Of a DNA stretch of 58,714 nucleotides, positions 1-7,712 are shown in pieces. Every line of letters begins with the position of its first letter. The stretch's first letter is position 1. The position numbers and the translations under genes are program-made. The notes beneath the pieces were generated by a model. It did no database searches, was not told where the DNA came from, and was given only the letters and a program-made list of their open reading frames with translations. Origin of the DNA: a virus; the IMG/VR virus record IMGVR_UViG_3300045391_004028. The stretch is one strand, 5' to 3'.

Positions 1-69
1 CTGCCCCGCCGATGAGCGCCGCGCCCAGCAGGTCCAGGCCGAGGCCCAGCTCTGTGAGCGCGGTGCTCC
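1..69. repeat. Terminal direct repeat copy 1 (identical to 58646..58714); circular-assembly overlap or terminal redundancy
   Basis: Bases 1-69 (ctgccccgccgatgagcgcc...gagcgcggtgctcc) recur base-for-base as the last 69 nt of the window. Confidence 0.95.
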
Positions 70-85
70 CGGTGCCCGGGTTCAC
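1..85 (-). CDS. Small membrane protein, N-terminal part; gene crosses the linearisation point and continues 58645 down to 58539 (63 aa in total)
   Basis: GTG at 85-83 overlaps stop of upstream gene (GTGA). Joined product is VNPGTGSTALTELGLGLDLLGAALIGGAALCYLVHWRRIGTVLLLWGVCALLFGLAVGSVLAA, with 2 hydrophobic helices and high GC3. Confidence 0.6.
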   Translation of the reverse strand, partial: MNPGTGSTALTELGLGLDLLGAALIGGA

Positions 86-189
86 TTGAACCCGAAGCCG
101 AACGCGCAGGCAGTGATGACGATCACGATGCCGATGATGACGAGCAGCGCGGTGCTGCTCGCCCAGTCGATGGGTGGCTTGTTGCTCAC
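82..189 (-). CDS. Micro membrane protein (35 aa, 1 TM)
   Basis: VSNKPPIDWASSTALLVIIGIVIVITACAFGFGFK. GTGA overlaps at both ends. It forms the tail of ORF-track frame 82..828. Confidence 0.55.
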   Translation of the reverse strand: MSNKPPIDWASSTALLVIIGIVIVITACAFGFGFK

Positions 190-317
190 CTGGAGCATCC
201 TGCCGTAGGACTCGGGCGCCCGTACTGCCGGTCGTGCTGCTCGGTGAGCATCGGGCCATAGACCACGATGAGCGCGATGAACAGCCCGGCGAGCAGCCAC
301 GGCATGACCTTGCGCAC
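186..317 (-). CDS. Micro membrane protein (43 aa, 1 TM)
   Basis: GTG preceded by GGGAGG. Product is VRKVMPWLLAGLFIALIVVYGPMLTEQHDRQYGRPSPTAGCSR. Below the ORF-track size cutoff and translated by hand. Confidence 0.5.
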   Translation of the reverse strand: MRKVMPWLLAGLFIALIVVYGPMLTEQHDRQYGRPSPTAGCSR

Positions 318-326
318 GACGCCTCC

Positions 327-476
327 CTACCTGATCACGTTGAAGTGCACGCCGACGGCGAGCCAGAGCACGGCGTAGACCGTGATGACCGTGAGCTTGT
401 AGCGCTTGAGCTTCCAGGCCACGAGCCCCATGCCGAGCAGGCCGAAGACCAGCCAGCCGTAAAAGAAGACGTCCAT
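327..476 (-). CDS. Small membrane protein (49 aa, 2 TM)
   Basis: ATG directly abuts the upstream stop (TAGATG). Product is MDVFFYGWLVFGLLGMGLVAWKLKRYKLTVITVYAVLWLAVGVHFNVIR. Confidence 0.55.
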   Translation of the reverse strand: MDVFFYGWLVFGLLGMGLVAWKLKRYKLTVITVYAVLWLAVGVHFNVIR

Positions 477-677
477 CTACAGCACCCCCACGATCGTCAG
501 GGTGCTGATGAGCAGCACGACCACGAACGCGATGGCGAAGCCGTAGAAGGCGTAGCGCCTGCTCCACAGCGACATGAACGCGCCCCCGGCGAGCCCAGCG
601 ACCAGCGAGATCATGACCGCGATGATGAAGTCGTTGATCAGGTTGGCGCCGGTGAACAGCGGGTGTTGTGGTTCCAC
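477..677 (-). CDS. Small membrane protein (66 aa, 2 TM), first gene of the micro-membrane-protein array
   Basis: In ORF-track frame 477..812. GTG at 677 lies 5 nt after GGGAGAGAG, and ATG at 707 is an alternative start. Hydrophobic helices IIAVMISLVAGLAGGAF and FAIAFVVVLLISTLTIVGVL. Confidence 0.6.
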   Translation of the reverse strand: MEPQHPLFTGANLINDFIIAVMISLVAGLAGGAFMSLWSRRYAFYGFAIAFVVVLLISTLTIVGVL

Positions 678-690
678 CAGTCTCTCTCCC

Positions 691-719
691 TTGATCGGTG
701 TCGACATACAGTCTATCGT
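691..719 (+). promoter_or_regulatory. Candidate sigma70-type promoter for the 794.. operon (TTGATC-17-TATCGT)
   Basis: TTGATC at 691-696 and TATCGT at 714-719 with a 17-nt spacer, followed by CAATACAG as in the other promoters. Lies in a divergent intergenic region. Confidence 0.35.
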
Positions 720-793
720 ATGGAGGCAATACAGTACAGCCGGACCGGCCCCACTTCCCCGGGGCCGGTCCCACCACCAACCAGGAGAGGGAC

Positions 794-976
794 ATGGACA
801 ACACCACCGCACACGAGGTCGAGAACATCGCCTACGGCGTACTCACCGCCGAGGTCGGCCGCCAGGTGCGCGCCGAGGCCGCGAGCCTGCGCAGCAACTG
901 GCCCGCCTTCCTGTTCCTGACGGTCGCCATGCTCTGCGTCACCGCGATCGTGATCACCGTGTTGGTGACCTCGTGA
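794..976 (+). CDS. Small membrane protein (60 aa)
   Basis: ATG 5 nt after AGGAGAGGGA. C-terminal helix WPAFLFLTVAMLCVTAIVITVLV. Internal start of ORF-track 698..976. Confidence 0.65.
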   Translation: MDNTTAHEVENIAYGVLTAEVGRQVRAEAASLRSNWPAFLFLTVAMLCVTAIVITVLVTS

Positions 977-1281
977 CCAACGACGAACTGCTGATGCGTG
1001 TCCAGCACGCCGTGGCGAAGCTGGTGACCGCGCCGCTGCCGACCGAGTACGCGCCCGCCCAGCGGGTCCTGGCGGACGCGTGGACCGGGCTGCACACCTC
1101 GCTGACCACCGGCGGGGAGCTGCCCTCTGCGTGGCGCTCAGCCCGTAAGCCGATGACGCAGGACACGATGGCGGCGGCACGGGAGCTGGGCCGGGAGCTG
1201 GGCTCGTTGCTCAACGCCGTGGAGGAGCTGGCGACGATGGCGCAGAAGCGCAAGCACGTCCGGGGTGTGGCGGATGCCTAG
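973..1281 (+). CDS. Hypothetical protein (102 aa)
   Basis: GTG overlapping the previous stop (GTGA at 973-976). In frame with ORF-track 574..1281, and the composition becomes protein-like from VTNDELLMRVQH. Confidence 0.6.
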   Translation: MTNDELLMRVQHAVAKLVTAPLPTEYAPAQRVLADAWTGLHTSLTTGGELPSAWRSARKPMTQDTMAAARELGRELGSLLNAVEELATMAQKRKHVRGVADA

Positions 1282-1513
1282 CCGCAGGTCGATGTGCTTG
1301 AAGGCGGACGGGACGCCGAAGGCGGGTTTCGCCTCGCGGGAGCGTGCGGAGGCGGTCCGGGAGCGGATCATCGCCGATGGCGCTCCCCGGGCCGGGATCA
1401 ACACGTACCCGTGTGACCGATGCGGCAAGTGGCATGTCGGCAACATCATGCGCGTGGAGTCGGGGCGTCGCAGGATCCGGCGCCGGGGTGCTGGCGGGAT
1501 GAGGACGGCGTGA
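1265..1513 (+). CDS. Small Cys/His protein, hypothetical
   Basis: ORF-track 82 aa. YPCDRCGKWHVGN zinc-ribbon-like motif. ATG at 1274 is an alternative start. Confidence 0.6.
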   Translation: MWRMPSRRSMCLKADGTPKAGFASRERAEAVRERIIADGAPRAGINTYPCDRCGKWHVGNIMRVESGRRRIRRRGAGGMRTA

Positions 1514-1875
1514 GAGCGCTACCACGGCGGCCTGTGCTGGTGCGGCGCAAGCTGGCCGCGCCGCATCCGCTGGCCTGGGCGCACTTCTGCACGCTGGAGT
1601 ACTGCGATGCGCCGGGCCGGTGGGGTTCCGGGTTCTGGTCGATGGAGCTGGCGGTGGCGTCGGGGCTGGAGCATCTGCGGGTGTGGCATCGGCCGGAGCC
1701 GTGCGACGGCACGTGCCTGGCACCGAGGGCCGCGTGGCGGGAGTGGCGTGATGCTCATGTCTGGACGGCGCAGTACGGCTGGGTGCATCCGGGCAGGTGG
1801 GTGGCGTCGTACCGGGCGAGTACGGAGCGACGCTGGCGGGAGGACCGGAACGACTACTTGTTGCGGGCGTGGTAG
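1510..1875 (+). CDS. Hypothetical Trp/Cys-rich protein (121 aa)
   Basis: GTG at 1510 overlaps the upstream stop (GTGA). In frame with ORF-track 1420..1875. Confidence 0.55.
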   Translation: MRALPRRPVLVRRKLAAPHPLAWAHFCTLEYCDAPGRWGSGFWSMELAVASGLEHLRVWHRPEPCDGTCLAPRAAWREWRDAHVWTAQYGWVHPGRWVASYRASTERRWREDRNDYLLRAW

Positions 1876-2013
1876 TTGACGCTGCAACTAAGAGCAGCAT
1901 TTCCTACCAAACGTGAGTGATTGGATACATAGAGGTGGATTCAGAGATTGATGTCGCGTTGCTGATCGAGCTGGCAGCCTGGTGGACGGACAGCCCCGAG
2001 GAGGTGGATCCGG

Positions 2014-2352
2014 ATGGCGGTGTGGCAGGCGTGGATCAGTAGGGAGATGGAGCGGGCATCGGACAGCCCCGAATTCCGGGGGGCGTTCGAGACGGTGCAC
2101 GCCTGGCGGGTCCGGACCCTCACGACGTTCGGCAGCGACGCCGACCAGCCGATGCCGCCGGAGGTCGCGGTGGCGCGGGCGTCGCTGGAGCGGATGAGGC
2201 TTGGCGCGCTGGAGGCGGCGGGCCGGGAGTTTCAGCGGGCCGTAGACATCTGGCGGGAGGGCGGCCGGGTGCTGTTCGAGGGCACGTCCCGGGCGCACCT
2301 GGATTGGACGCCGTGCGGCTCCGGGGCGGATTGCGGCCACGATGCTGATTGA
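2014..2352 (+). CDS. Hypothetical protein (112 aa)
   Basis: ATG preceded by GAGGAGG. High GC3 throughout by hand check. Confidence 0.7.
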   Translation: MAVWQAWISREMERASDSPEFRGAFETVHAWRVRTLTTFGSDADQPMPPEVAVARASLERMRLGALEAAGREFQRAVDIWREGGRVLFEGTSRAHLDWTPCGSGADCGHDAD

Positions 2353-2764
2353 CCAGGTGATCCGCGCGCTGGACGAGCGGCGGCGGCAGGCACGGCTGTC
2401 GCAGCGGCAGGTCGGCGCGCGGTGCGGGACGGCGCAGGCGACGGTCTCGCAGCTCTTCAACCAGCGCTGGGAGAACGTCCAGCTCAAGACGTTGACACGG
2501 CTGGCCACCGCGCTGGGCGTCGAGCTGAGCTTCAACGCCAGGTGGAAGTGTCCGGTGACCTACTTCGCCGGGGTGCAGATCTTCACCTGCTTCTGCGGCT
2601 GGACCCGGACGGCCACGTTCGGGATGTTCCACCACGACGACGTGCAGGAGGACGGGCGCTGGCTGATCAGCCTGGACTCGTCGTCGCCGGGCGTCGAGCT
2701 GGTCGACGAGCACGTGACGACCTGCCGGGACGCCTACCCGAGGTACCGCACGAGACTCGTCTAG
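2342..2764 (+). CDS. XRE-family helix-turn-helix DNA-binding protein with Cys-rich C-terminal domain
   Basis: LSQRQVGARCGTAQATVSQLFNQ helix-turn-helix signature in the first 60 aa. Confidence 0.75.
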   Translation: MLIDQVIRALDERRRQARLSQRQVGARCGTAQATVSQLFNQRWENVQLKTLTRLATALGVELSFNARWKCPVTYFAGVQIFTCFCGWTRTATFGMFHHDDVQEDGRWLISLDSSSPGVELVDEHVTTCRDAYPRYRTRLV

Positions 2765-2776
2765 CTGGAGATGAGC

Positions 2777-2811
2777 AGAGCCCCCGACCCGGGCAGTGGG
2801 TCGGGGGCTCT
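2777..2811. terminator. Bidirectional intrinsic terminator hairpin between convergent genes
   Basis: Perfect 14-bp stem agagcccccgaccc / gggtcgggggctct with a 7-nt loop, followed by ttt. Confidence 0.8.
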
Positions 2812-2876
2812 TTCGTACGTCCCCAAGGAGTGGTGCTTGTCCGGCTGGGAGCCAGGAGATTCCGCAGGCTCTGATT

Positions 2877-3593
2877 CTACTGCTTCGGCCCGAAGGCGCG
2901 GTTGGCGGCGGTGAGCAGGCTCGCGGCCAGCTCCTCGACGGCGTCGCGCTCGTCGAAGCCGCAGAAGAAGCCCGCGAAGTCCTGCTCGTCGATGGCCTGC
3001 TCCAGCAGCTCGCCGTCGGAGCACACGGTGCCGATCTGCACGTGGCCGGGCACGGCGGACAGCCGGGTCTCGTACGCCGGGTGGAAGCCCTCCAGGACGG
3101 CCGTGTAGGCGTCGTCCTGCTCCTCACCCTCCAGGACGCCGTCCGGGCCGGTGGCGGCGAGCTGAGCGGCCTGCGTGGCGGTCTGCTCGTCCACGTCGCC
3201 GGTTACGCCGGTGGTGCGCTGGCGCTCCTCGCGCTCGTCGTGGTTCGCGGGCCGGAGCTGGGCCTCCTTGTACTCGTCGATCCGGTCGTCCTCCGGCAGC
3301 ACGACGTTGGCGCGCTGCATGAGCGCGTGCAGATCCTCGGCGCGCACCTCGTCCTTGGGGCCGCTGGAGATGGCGAGCTGGCGGTTGGCGCGCATGAGCA
3401 CGTCCTCCAGCGCGGTGAAGGCGATGCTCTTGTCCTTACCGGCGGGCAGCACCTGATGCAGGGTGGTGCCCAGTTCGGCGACGAGACGCCGGACGGTCTC
3501 GTGCGCGAGCTGCTTGATCTCGGTGTTGGCGGGGTGGAAGCCGATGCCGTCCAGCCAGGAGGCCAGGTCGACATCGAAGTTGGGACGGGTCAC
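2877..3593 (-). CDS. Hypothetical protein (238 aa) with acidic central region
   Basis: ORF-track frame with non-shadow composition. Stop next to the terminator. Confidence 0.75.
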   Translation of the reverse strand: MTRPNFDVDLASWLDGIGFHPANTEIKQLAHETVRRLVAELGTTLHQVLPAGKDKSIAFTALEDVLMRANRQLAISSGPKDEVRAEDLHALMQRANVVLPEDDRIDEYKEAQLRPANHDEREERQRTTGVTGDVDEQTATQAAQLAATGPDGVLEGEEQDDAYTAVLEGFHPAYETRLSAVPGHVQIGTVCSDGELLEQAIDEQDFAGFFCGFDERDAVEELAASLLTAANRAFGPKQ

Positions 3594-3865
3594 GCGGGTA
3601 CCTCCAAGTGGATGGGCTCGTCCGGGTCATCGCCGGACCGGCTGAGCGTGGAGCCGACCGGTACGACTACCCATTCGTCACTCTCGGGGTAGTCGCGCTC
3701 GATTAGCACGCGGGCCACCTCGTCATGCCCGAGGGCCGCGCGGGTGGTGTTGTACTGCCAGCGGGTGTTGAACGCGGAGTTGCGCGCCCAGGCTTCGATC
3801 TCCTGGGCGCGCCGCTCGGTGCCGTCCCACACCAGCGACCGCTTCGGTCGTCCAGGTCGGGTCAT
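3590..3865 (-). CDS. Hypothetical protein (91 aa)
   Basis: ORF-track. 4-nt overlap with the downstream gene. Confidence 0.7.
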   Translation of the reverse strand: MTRPGRPKRSLVWDGTERRAQEIEAWARNSAFNTRWQYNTTRAALGHDEVARVLIERDYPESDEWVVVPVGSTLSRSGDDPDEPIHLEVPA

Positions 3866-3908
3866 CTCGATCTCCTGAGGGTTGGCTGTATGCCCTCAGC
3901 CTACGACG

Positions 3909-4313
3909 TCACGCCTTGGCCGTGCAGGTGGCGCCGCCATGCTTGTTGAGCTGGCCCGGGTGCCAGGTGCCCTTCGACTGGATCCGGCAGGACGTCGGGA
4001 CCTTCTGTGCCGGTTCGGCATGTACGACCACGATCGCGGCGGTCCCATCGGGAGCCTCGATCGGGACGGTCTTCTGGAACCAGCCGGTGGCCTTGTCGCC
4101 GTTCAGGATCTCGCTGTGCAGGCCGCCACCGCTGGACCAGGCGACCGTCATCACGGGGAGCTTGCCGACCTGATCCAGGCCGAGCAGGCTGCCGCCCCAG
4201 CGCACTTCGATGACGACGGGTTCGGACAGCTTCTCGGTGACCGCGAGGCCGACGCCTGCGGCGACGCCGAGGGCGAGCAGGACGCCAACCGGCTTCCGTA
4301 AGATCGTTCCCAC
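3909..4313 (-). CDS. Membrane-anchored/secreted small protein, MmpS-like architecture (paralog 1)
   Basis: GTG 8 nt after GAGGGA. N-terminal TM VGVLLALGVAAGVGLAV, then a beta-rich ~100 aa ending in SCRIQSKG...GGATCTA, like the CxI...C end of MmpS proteins. Confidence 0.6.
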   Translation of the reverse strand: MGTILRKPVGVLLALGVAAGVGLAVTEKLSEPVVIEVRWGGSLLGLDQVGKLPVMTVAWSSGGGLHSEILNGDKATGWFQKTVPIEAPDGTAAIVVVHAEPAQKVPTSCRIQSKGTWHPGQLNKHGGATCTAKA

Positions 4314-4396
4314 TTTCTGTTCCCTCTTCCATTACTCTGTGTAGTTTTGTCGGCCGCGAGAAAGGGCGCCCCGCCAGCGTGGAGCGCCCTTGTTCG

Positions 4397-4720
4397 CTAC
4401 GAGCCGAACTTGTAGACGATGATGGCGGCCGTGGCCGCCGCCACCGCGACGAACGTCATCTTGATCCCGGCGGGGAGCTTGCTCCAGCCCCTCTGCACGC
4501 CGATCGCGAGCAGGGTGCAGATCGTGACGCTCCAGAACCAGGGCTCGTTGTAAACCTTGACCGCGTAGCCCTCGCCCGCGTTGGCCGCCTGGCCAGCCAC
4601 ACCCTTGCTGGTTTCCCAGATGGTGCCGAAGTTGCCGCCGCTGAACTGGCCGCCGGACCGGAAGTACAGGAACCCGATCACGGCCGCGCCGATTGCTGCG
4701 AGAACCAGTGCTGCCTTCAT
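4397..4720 (-). CDS. Membrane protein (107 aa, 2-3 TM)
   Basis: Internal ATG of ORF-track 4397..4912, preceded by AGGAGAGGGAGG. MKAALVLAAIGAAVIGFLYF and a C-terminal helix. Confidence 0.7.
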   Translation of the reverse strand: MKAALVLAAIGAAVIGFLYFRSGGQFSGGNFGTIWETSKGVAGQAANAGEGYAVKVYNEPWFWSVTICTLLAIGVQRGWSKLPAGIKMTFVAVAAATAAIIVYKFGS

Positions 4721-4908
4721 GCGCCTCCCTCTCCTGTATTGCGTGGACTTACATGATACCTCACGGGCTACGTTGATCGCATCCCACCGCATCCCGTATC
4801 CCCGGACGGATGCGTAGTCCGGAAACCCGTCCGGAACGGCGACGCGCAGGGGGCACGTGAAGCAGTGCACACCCCGCGCGTCGCGGTAGAGCTGGTGACG
4901 GACGTGCG

Positions 4909-5265
4909 TCAATGCAGGATCACCTGGAGGTGACAGCCGAGCGGGCCGCCGTGCTCGGTCACGCTCGGCGCGTTGTCCGGCGCGATCGTGCAGTCGGTGT
5001 TGTGCTGCTTCAGCTCCGGCGCCACGGTGATCGCGGCCTTGTCACCGGGGCGGCCGTGCGCGGTCACCTGGTACAGGGTGGTGCGCACGTGCTTCGTGTC
5101 GCTCTTGCTGCCCACCTGCCAGCTCACGGTTGCCTCGCCCTGATCCCAGACGGCGCTGAGGATCACAGTGCGCTCATCGCGCGGCCCGATGTCCGTCGCC
5201 ATCATCACCCCCGCCAGCAGCAGCACGCCGACGACGGCGCCGCCGAGCTTCGTCGTCGTGCTCAC
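4909..5265 (-). CDS. Membrane-anchored/secreted small protein, MmpS-like architecture (paralog 2)
   Basis: GTG at 5265 overlaps the stop of the LPXTG gene (GTGA). TM LGGAVVGVLLLAGVMMA, ending in DCTIAPDN...GGPLGCHLQV. Confidence 0.6.
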   Translation of the reverse strand: MSTTTKLGGAVVGVLLLAGVMMATDIGPRDERTVILSAVWDQGEATVSWQVGSKSDTKHVRTTLYQVTAHGRPGDKAAITVAPELKQHNTDCTIAPDNAPSVTEHGGPLGCHLQVILH

Positions 5266-6038
5266 GCCTCGAACCGGTTCCGGCGGCGGCGACTGGCCAG
5301 CACGAGGCCGCCCCCGGCGCCGAGCAGGGTCACGCCAGCGCCCGCGTAAAGCCACGGGCTGGTGCCGGGGCCGGTCACCGGGAGACTGCCCGGGTGCGAG
5401 GGCGTCGGCGAGCCGGGGCCGCGCGTCGGGCTCGCCGGTGCGGTCGGGCTCGACGGGCTAGCCGGTGCGCTGGCGCTGTGCGACGGCCGGGGGCGGCAGG
5501 TCAGGTCGTACGTCTTGCCGCCGAAGCGCACCGAGCTGACCACCGTGGCGACGGTGCCGGGCGAGTTGGCGGTGTAGCCGACGCCGAAGGAGACCACGTG
5601 GTGGCTCTCGTGCGGGGTGACCATGTCCACGAGGGCGGCCGGGCTGGTGTTCGTGTAGAGCTGGCCGCCGGTCACCATGACCCACTTCGAGGACGGCACG
5701 TCCCAGCGCAGCGTGGCGTAGCCGCCGTCCGACCCGTAGACCTCGACGGAGAAGAACGAGGGCTGGTCGGGGCTGGGGTGGGCGACGAAGGAGCCGTAGG
5801 CCAAATGCTCGACGTCGCCGGTCACCGCGTGGTGGATGAGCTGGTTGCCCTCGAACTTGAGGCCATACGTGGTCGGGGTGGGCTTGCGGCTGATCTCGTC
5901 GTCGTTGACGTGCCAGCCGTCCAGGTTGGTGCAGGTTTGCCAGCTCGGCGCGGCCGGGGTGGCATGCGCGGGGCTGGCGAACAGCGCCGCGCCGAGCCCG
6001 GCCGCGAGGGCGGCCAGGCCGTAGGCGATCTTCTTCAT
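5262..6038 (-). CDS. LPXTG cell-wall-anchored surface protein (sortase substrate)
   Basis: Signal peptide MKKIAYGLAALAAGLGAALFASPAHA, a Pro/Ser-rich stalk, LPVTG (5370-5384), a hydrophobic segment and an RRRRNR tail. ATG preceded by GGAGAGAGG. Confidence 0.85.
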   Translation of the reverse strand: MKKIAYGLAALAAGLGAALFASPAHATPAAPSWQTCTNLDGWHVNDDEISRKPTPTTYGLKFEGNQLIHHAVTGDVEHLAYGSFVAHPSPDQPSFFSVEVYGSDGGYATLRWDVPSSKWVMVTGGQLYTNTSPAALVDMVTPHESHHVVSFGVGYTANSPGTVATVVSSVRFGGKTYDLTCRPRPSHSASAPASPSSPTAPASPTRGPGSPTPSHPGSLPVTGPGTSPWLYAGAGVTLLGAGGGLVLASRRRRNRFEA

Positions 6039-6634
6039 GCGGTCCTCTCTCCTTCGTACTGCTTCAGGTAGTCGCCCAGTCTGGCGTTCCAGCGGGCGTC
6101 GTCCAGGGCGTTGTGCTCGGTGCCGACCTTGGCGGGCAGCGCGGGGGCGCCGAGCCGGTCGACCTCCTGCTTCAGGTCCCGCGTGTACATCGGGAAGCCC
6201 TTCGGCAGGTTGACCATGCGGCCGAAGAGCTGGGCCAGGCAGACGTGGTCGTACGCGCCGTACCAGGCCCACAGCTCCGGGTCAGGCGTGTCGAGCACCA
6301 GGTCCCGCACGGCGTTGCGGATCATCCGGCGCGGCACCACCAGGTTGCTGTTCATGTCCAGGTGGAAGTAGCTCAGACCGCTGTTGCCCTCGCGAATCCC
6401 GTACCTCGGCCGCCCGTCCACGTCCGTGGCCAGCGGCAGGTTCGGCACGACGTTCTCCATCAGCCAGCGATGCTTGAGGATCTTCCGGTACAGCCCGTCG
6501 TTCCCGGGGCCGCCGTCGTAGATCTCCTCGTTGACGCAGTACAGCTCGACGCCGTCCTCCCGGACCATGCCGAGGGAGATCGGCCAGATTGATTCGCCGT
6601 CCTCCAGGAACTCCCAGTCGTAGTAGAGACGCAT
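6035..6634 (-). CDS. DEDD-type 3'-5' exoribonuclease, Rv2179c-like
   Basis: YYDWEFLEDG (DxE motif), YGAYDHVCL and HNALDDARW motifs in DEDDh order. ATG at 6634 follows AGGAGAGAG. Confidence 0.7.
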   Translation of the reverse strand: MRLYYDWEFLEDGESIWPISLGMVREDGVELYCVNEEIYDGGPGNDGLYRKILKHRWLMENVVPNLPLATDVDGRPRYGIREGNSGLSYFHLDMNSNLVVPRRMIRNAVRDLVLDTPDPELWAWYGAYDHVCLAQLFGRMVNLPKGFPMYTRDLKQEVDRLGAPALPAKVGTEHNALDDARWNARLGDYLKQYEGERTA

Positions 6635-6642
6635 CTCTCTCC

Positions 6643-7287
6643 TCACGCGGCCACGCCGGGCGGCGGGGCCATGGTGTCGTTGCGCTGCTCGCCGGTCGTG
6701 AGCGCGTCCAGCCCGGTGCCGACGTTGGCCAGGTGGCCTTCCACGGTCAGGTGCTTCTGGCGCTCGTCCTCCAGGCGCCGCAACACCTCGGCCTCCGCCG
6801 CACTGCGGTCGGCGCCAGGGGCCAGCACCACCGTGTTGGTGTTGTGGATGTGCTGCTCCGGCCGCTTCCGCGCGCCGGTCGCCTCGGCCATGCGGTCCAG
6901 GGCCTTGAGCACGATGTCCGCCGAGCGGGTGTCAGGCACGATCAGGCCCCCGTCCTCGTCGCGGCCTCCGACGGCGCGCGGCATGTGCGCCGCGATGATC
7001 TTCTCCAGGCCCTGGAGGTAGCGCTCCAGGGCCTCCTCCTGCCCTTCGCGCAGCTCGGCGCGCCGAGCCAGGCCGCGCGTGATGGCGCGGTAGACGGCCT
7101 CGGTGGAGGCGGTGACCCCGAAGTGCTCCAGGCACGCCTGGGCGATGTCCGCCACCCGCCAGCCGCCCGCGTACCGGTCCAGGATGAAGTCCTCCCGGAT
7201 CTCGGTCGTGTTCTTGCGCAGGCGGGCCCGGCGGGCGCGGGCGTTCTCCTCGCTTTCGCCGGGCCGCCTGTCACCGCGCCTCGTCAT
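6643..7287 (-). CDS. Putative terminase small subunit (N-terminal HTH plus coiled coil)
   Basis: GWRVADIAQACLEHFGVTASTEAVYRAI HTH. LERYLQGLEKIIAAHMPRAV...ADIVLKALDRMAEATG resembles actinophage TerS oligomerisation/C-terminal pattern. RBS GGAGGTG. Confidence 0.45.
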   Translation of the reverse strand: MTRRGDRRPGESEENARARRARLRKNTTEIREDFILDRYAGGWRVADIAQACLEHFGVTASTEAVYRAITRGLARRAELREGQEEALERYLQGLEKIIAAHMPRAVGGRDEDGGLIVPDTRSADIVLKALDRMAEATGARKRPEQHIHNTNTVVLAPGADRSAAEAEVLRRLEDERQKHLTVEGHLANVGTGLDALTTGEQRNDTMAPPPGVAA

Positions 7288-7459
7288 CGCTCACCTCCAG
7301 GTGCTTCTGCACCACCCGGGCCGGGAAGCGCCACTCGGTCCCACCGGGGGTACGGATCGCACCGTACCGTCCGCTGCTCGCCCAGGCCCGCACGGTGGCG
7401 CGGGTGACCCGGAACATCCGAGCCACCTCGCGCACCGTGAGCAGGCGTTCAGCCTCCAT
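7271..7459 (-). CDS. Excisionase/MerR-like helix-turn-helix DNA-binding protein
   Basis: LLTVREVARMFRVTRATVRAWASSG...WRF matches the excisionase-family DNA-binding motif. Confidence 0.7.
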   Translation of the reverse strand: MEAERLLTVREVARMFRVTRATVRAWASSGRYGAIRTPGGTEWRFPARVVQKHLEVSDDEAR

Positions 7460-7712
7460 CGAGCGGGGCCGCCTTGCCGTTGATCACGAGCCGCCGCAGC
7501 CGCTCGTCGATCAGGTTGGCCATGCCGTGGAAGCCAGTCGCCACCAGATCCGTTACCCGGCGCACCTCGAACTCGTCGGCGTCGGGCAGCCAGTCCTTCA
7601 CGGCCGTCTTCAGCGCGTCGCGCCGCTCCGGGTCGCCCATCCTGGTCAGCGTCTTTGCCGCCATCCGCGAAATGAGATGACGGACCTGCTCGTCGGTCAG
7701 CGCCGCACCCAT
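7449..7712 (-). CDS. Hypothetical protein (87 aa)
   Basis: Internal ATG of ORF-track 7449..7811. The upstream extension is Arg/Pro shadow-like. Confidence 0.6.
   Translation of the reverse strand: MGAALTDEQVRHLISRMAAKTLTRMGDPERRDALKTAVKDWLPDADEFEVRRVTDLVATGFHGMANLIDERLRRLVINGKAAPLDGG

Noticed and set aside
1935-2057. 40-codon ORF (VDSEIDVALLIELAAWWTDSPEEVDPDGGVAGVDQ) in the AT-rich spacer, overlapping the start of 2014..2352.
   Set aside because: It has only moderate GC3 and no clear RBS, and it overlaps a better gene. The support is insufficient.
4720-4908. Intergenic region with GGATGCG/CGCATCC repeats and a TTGACG..GTCA-like motif, considered as another member of the promoter family.
   Set aside because: Spacings do not match the family (8-nt rather than 6-nt dyad spacer, and no TATGnT at 17 nt). 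A promoter is likely here but I cannot define it.
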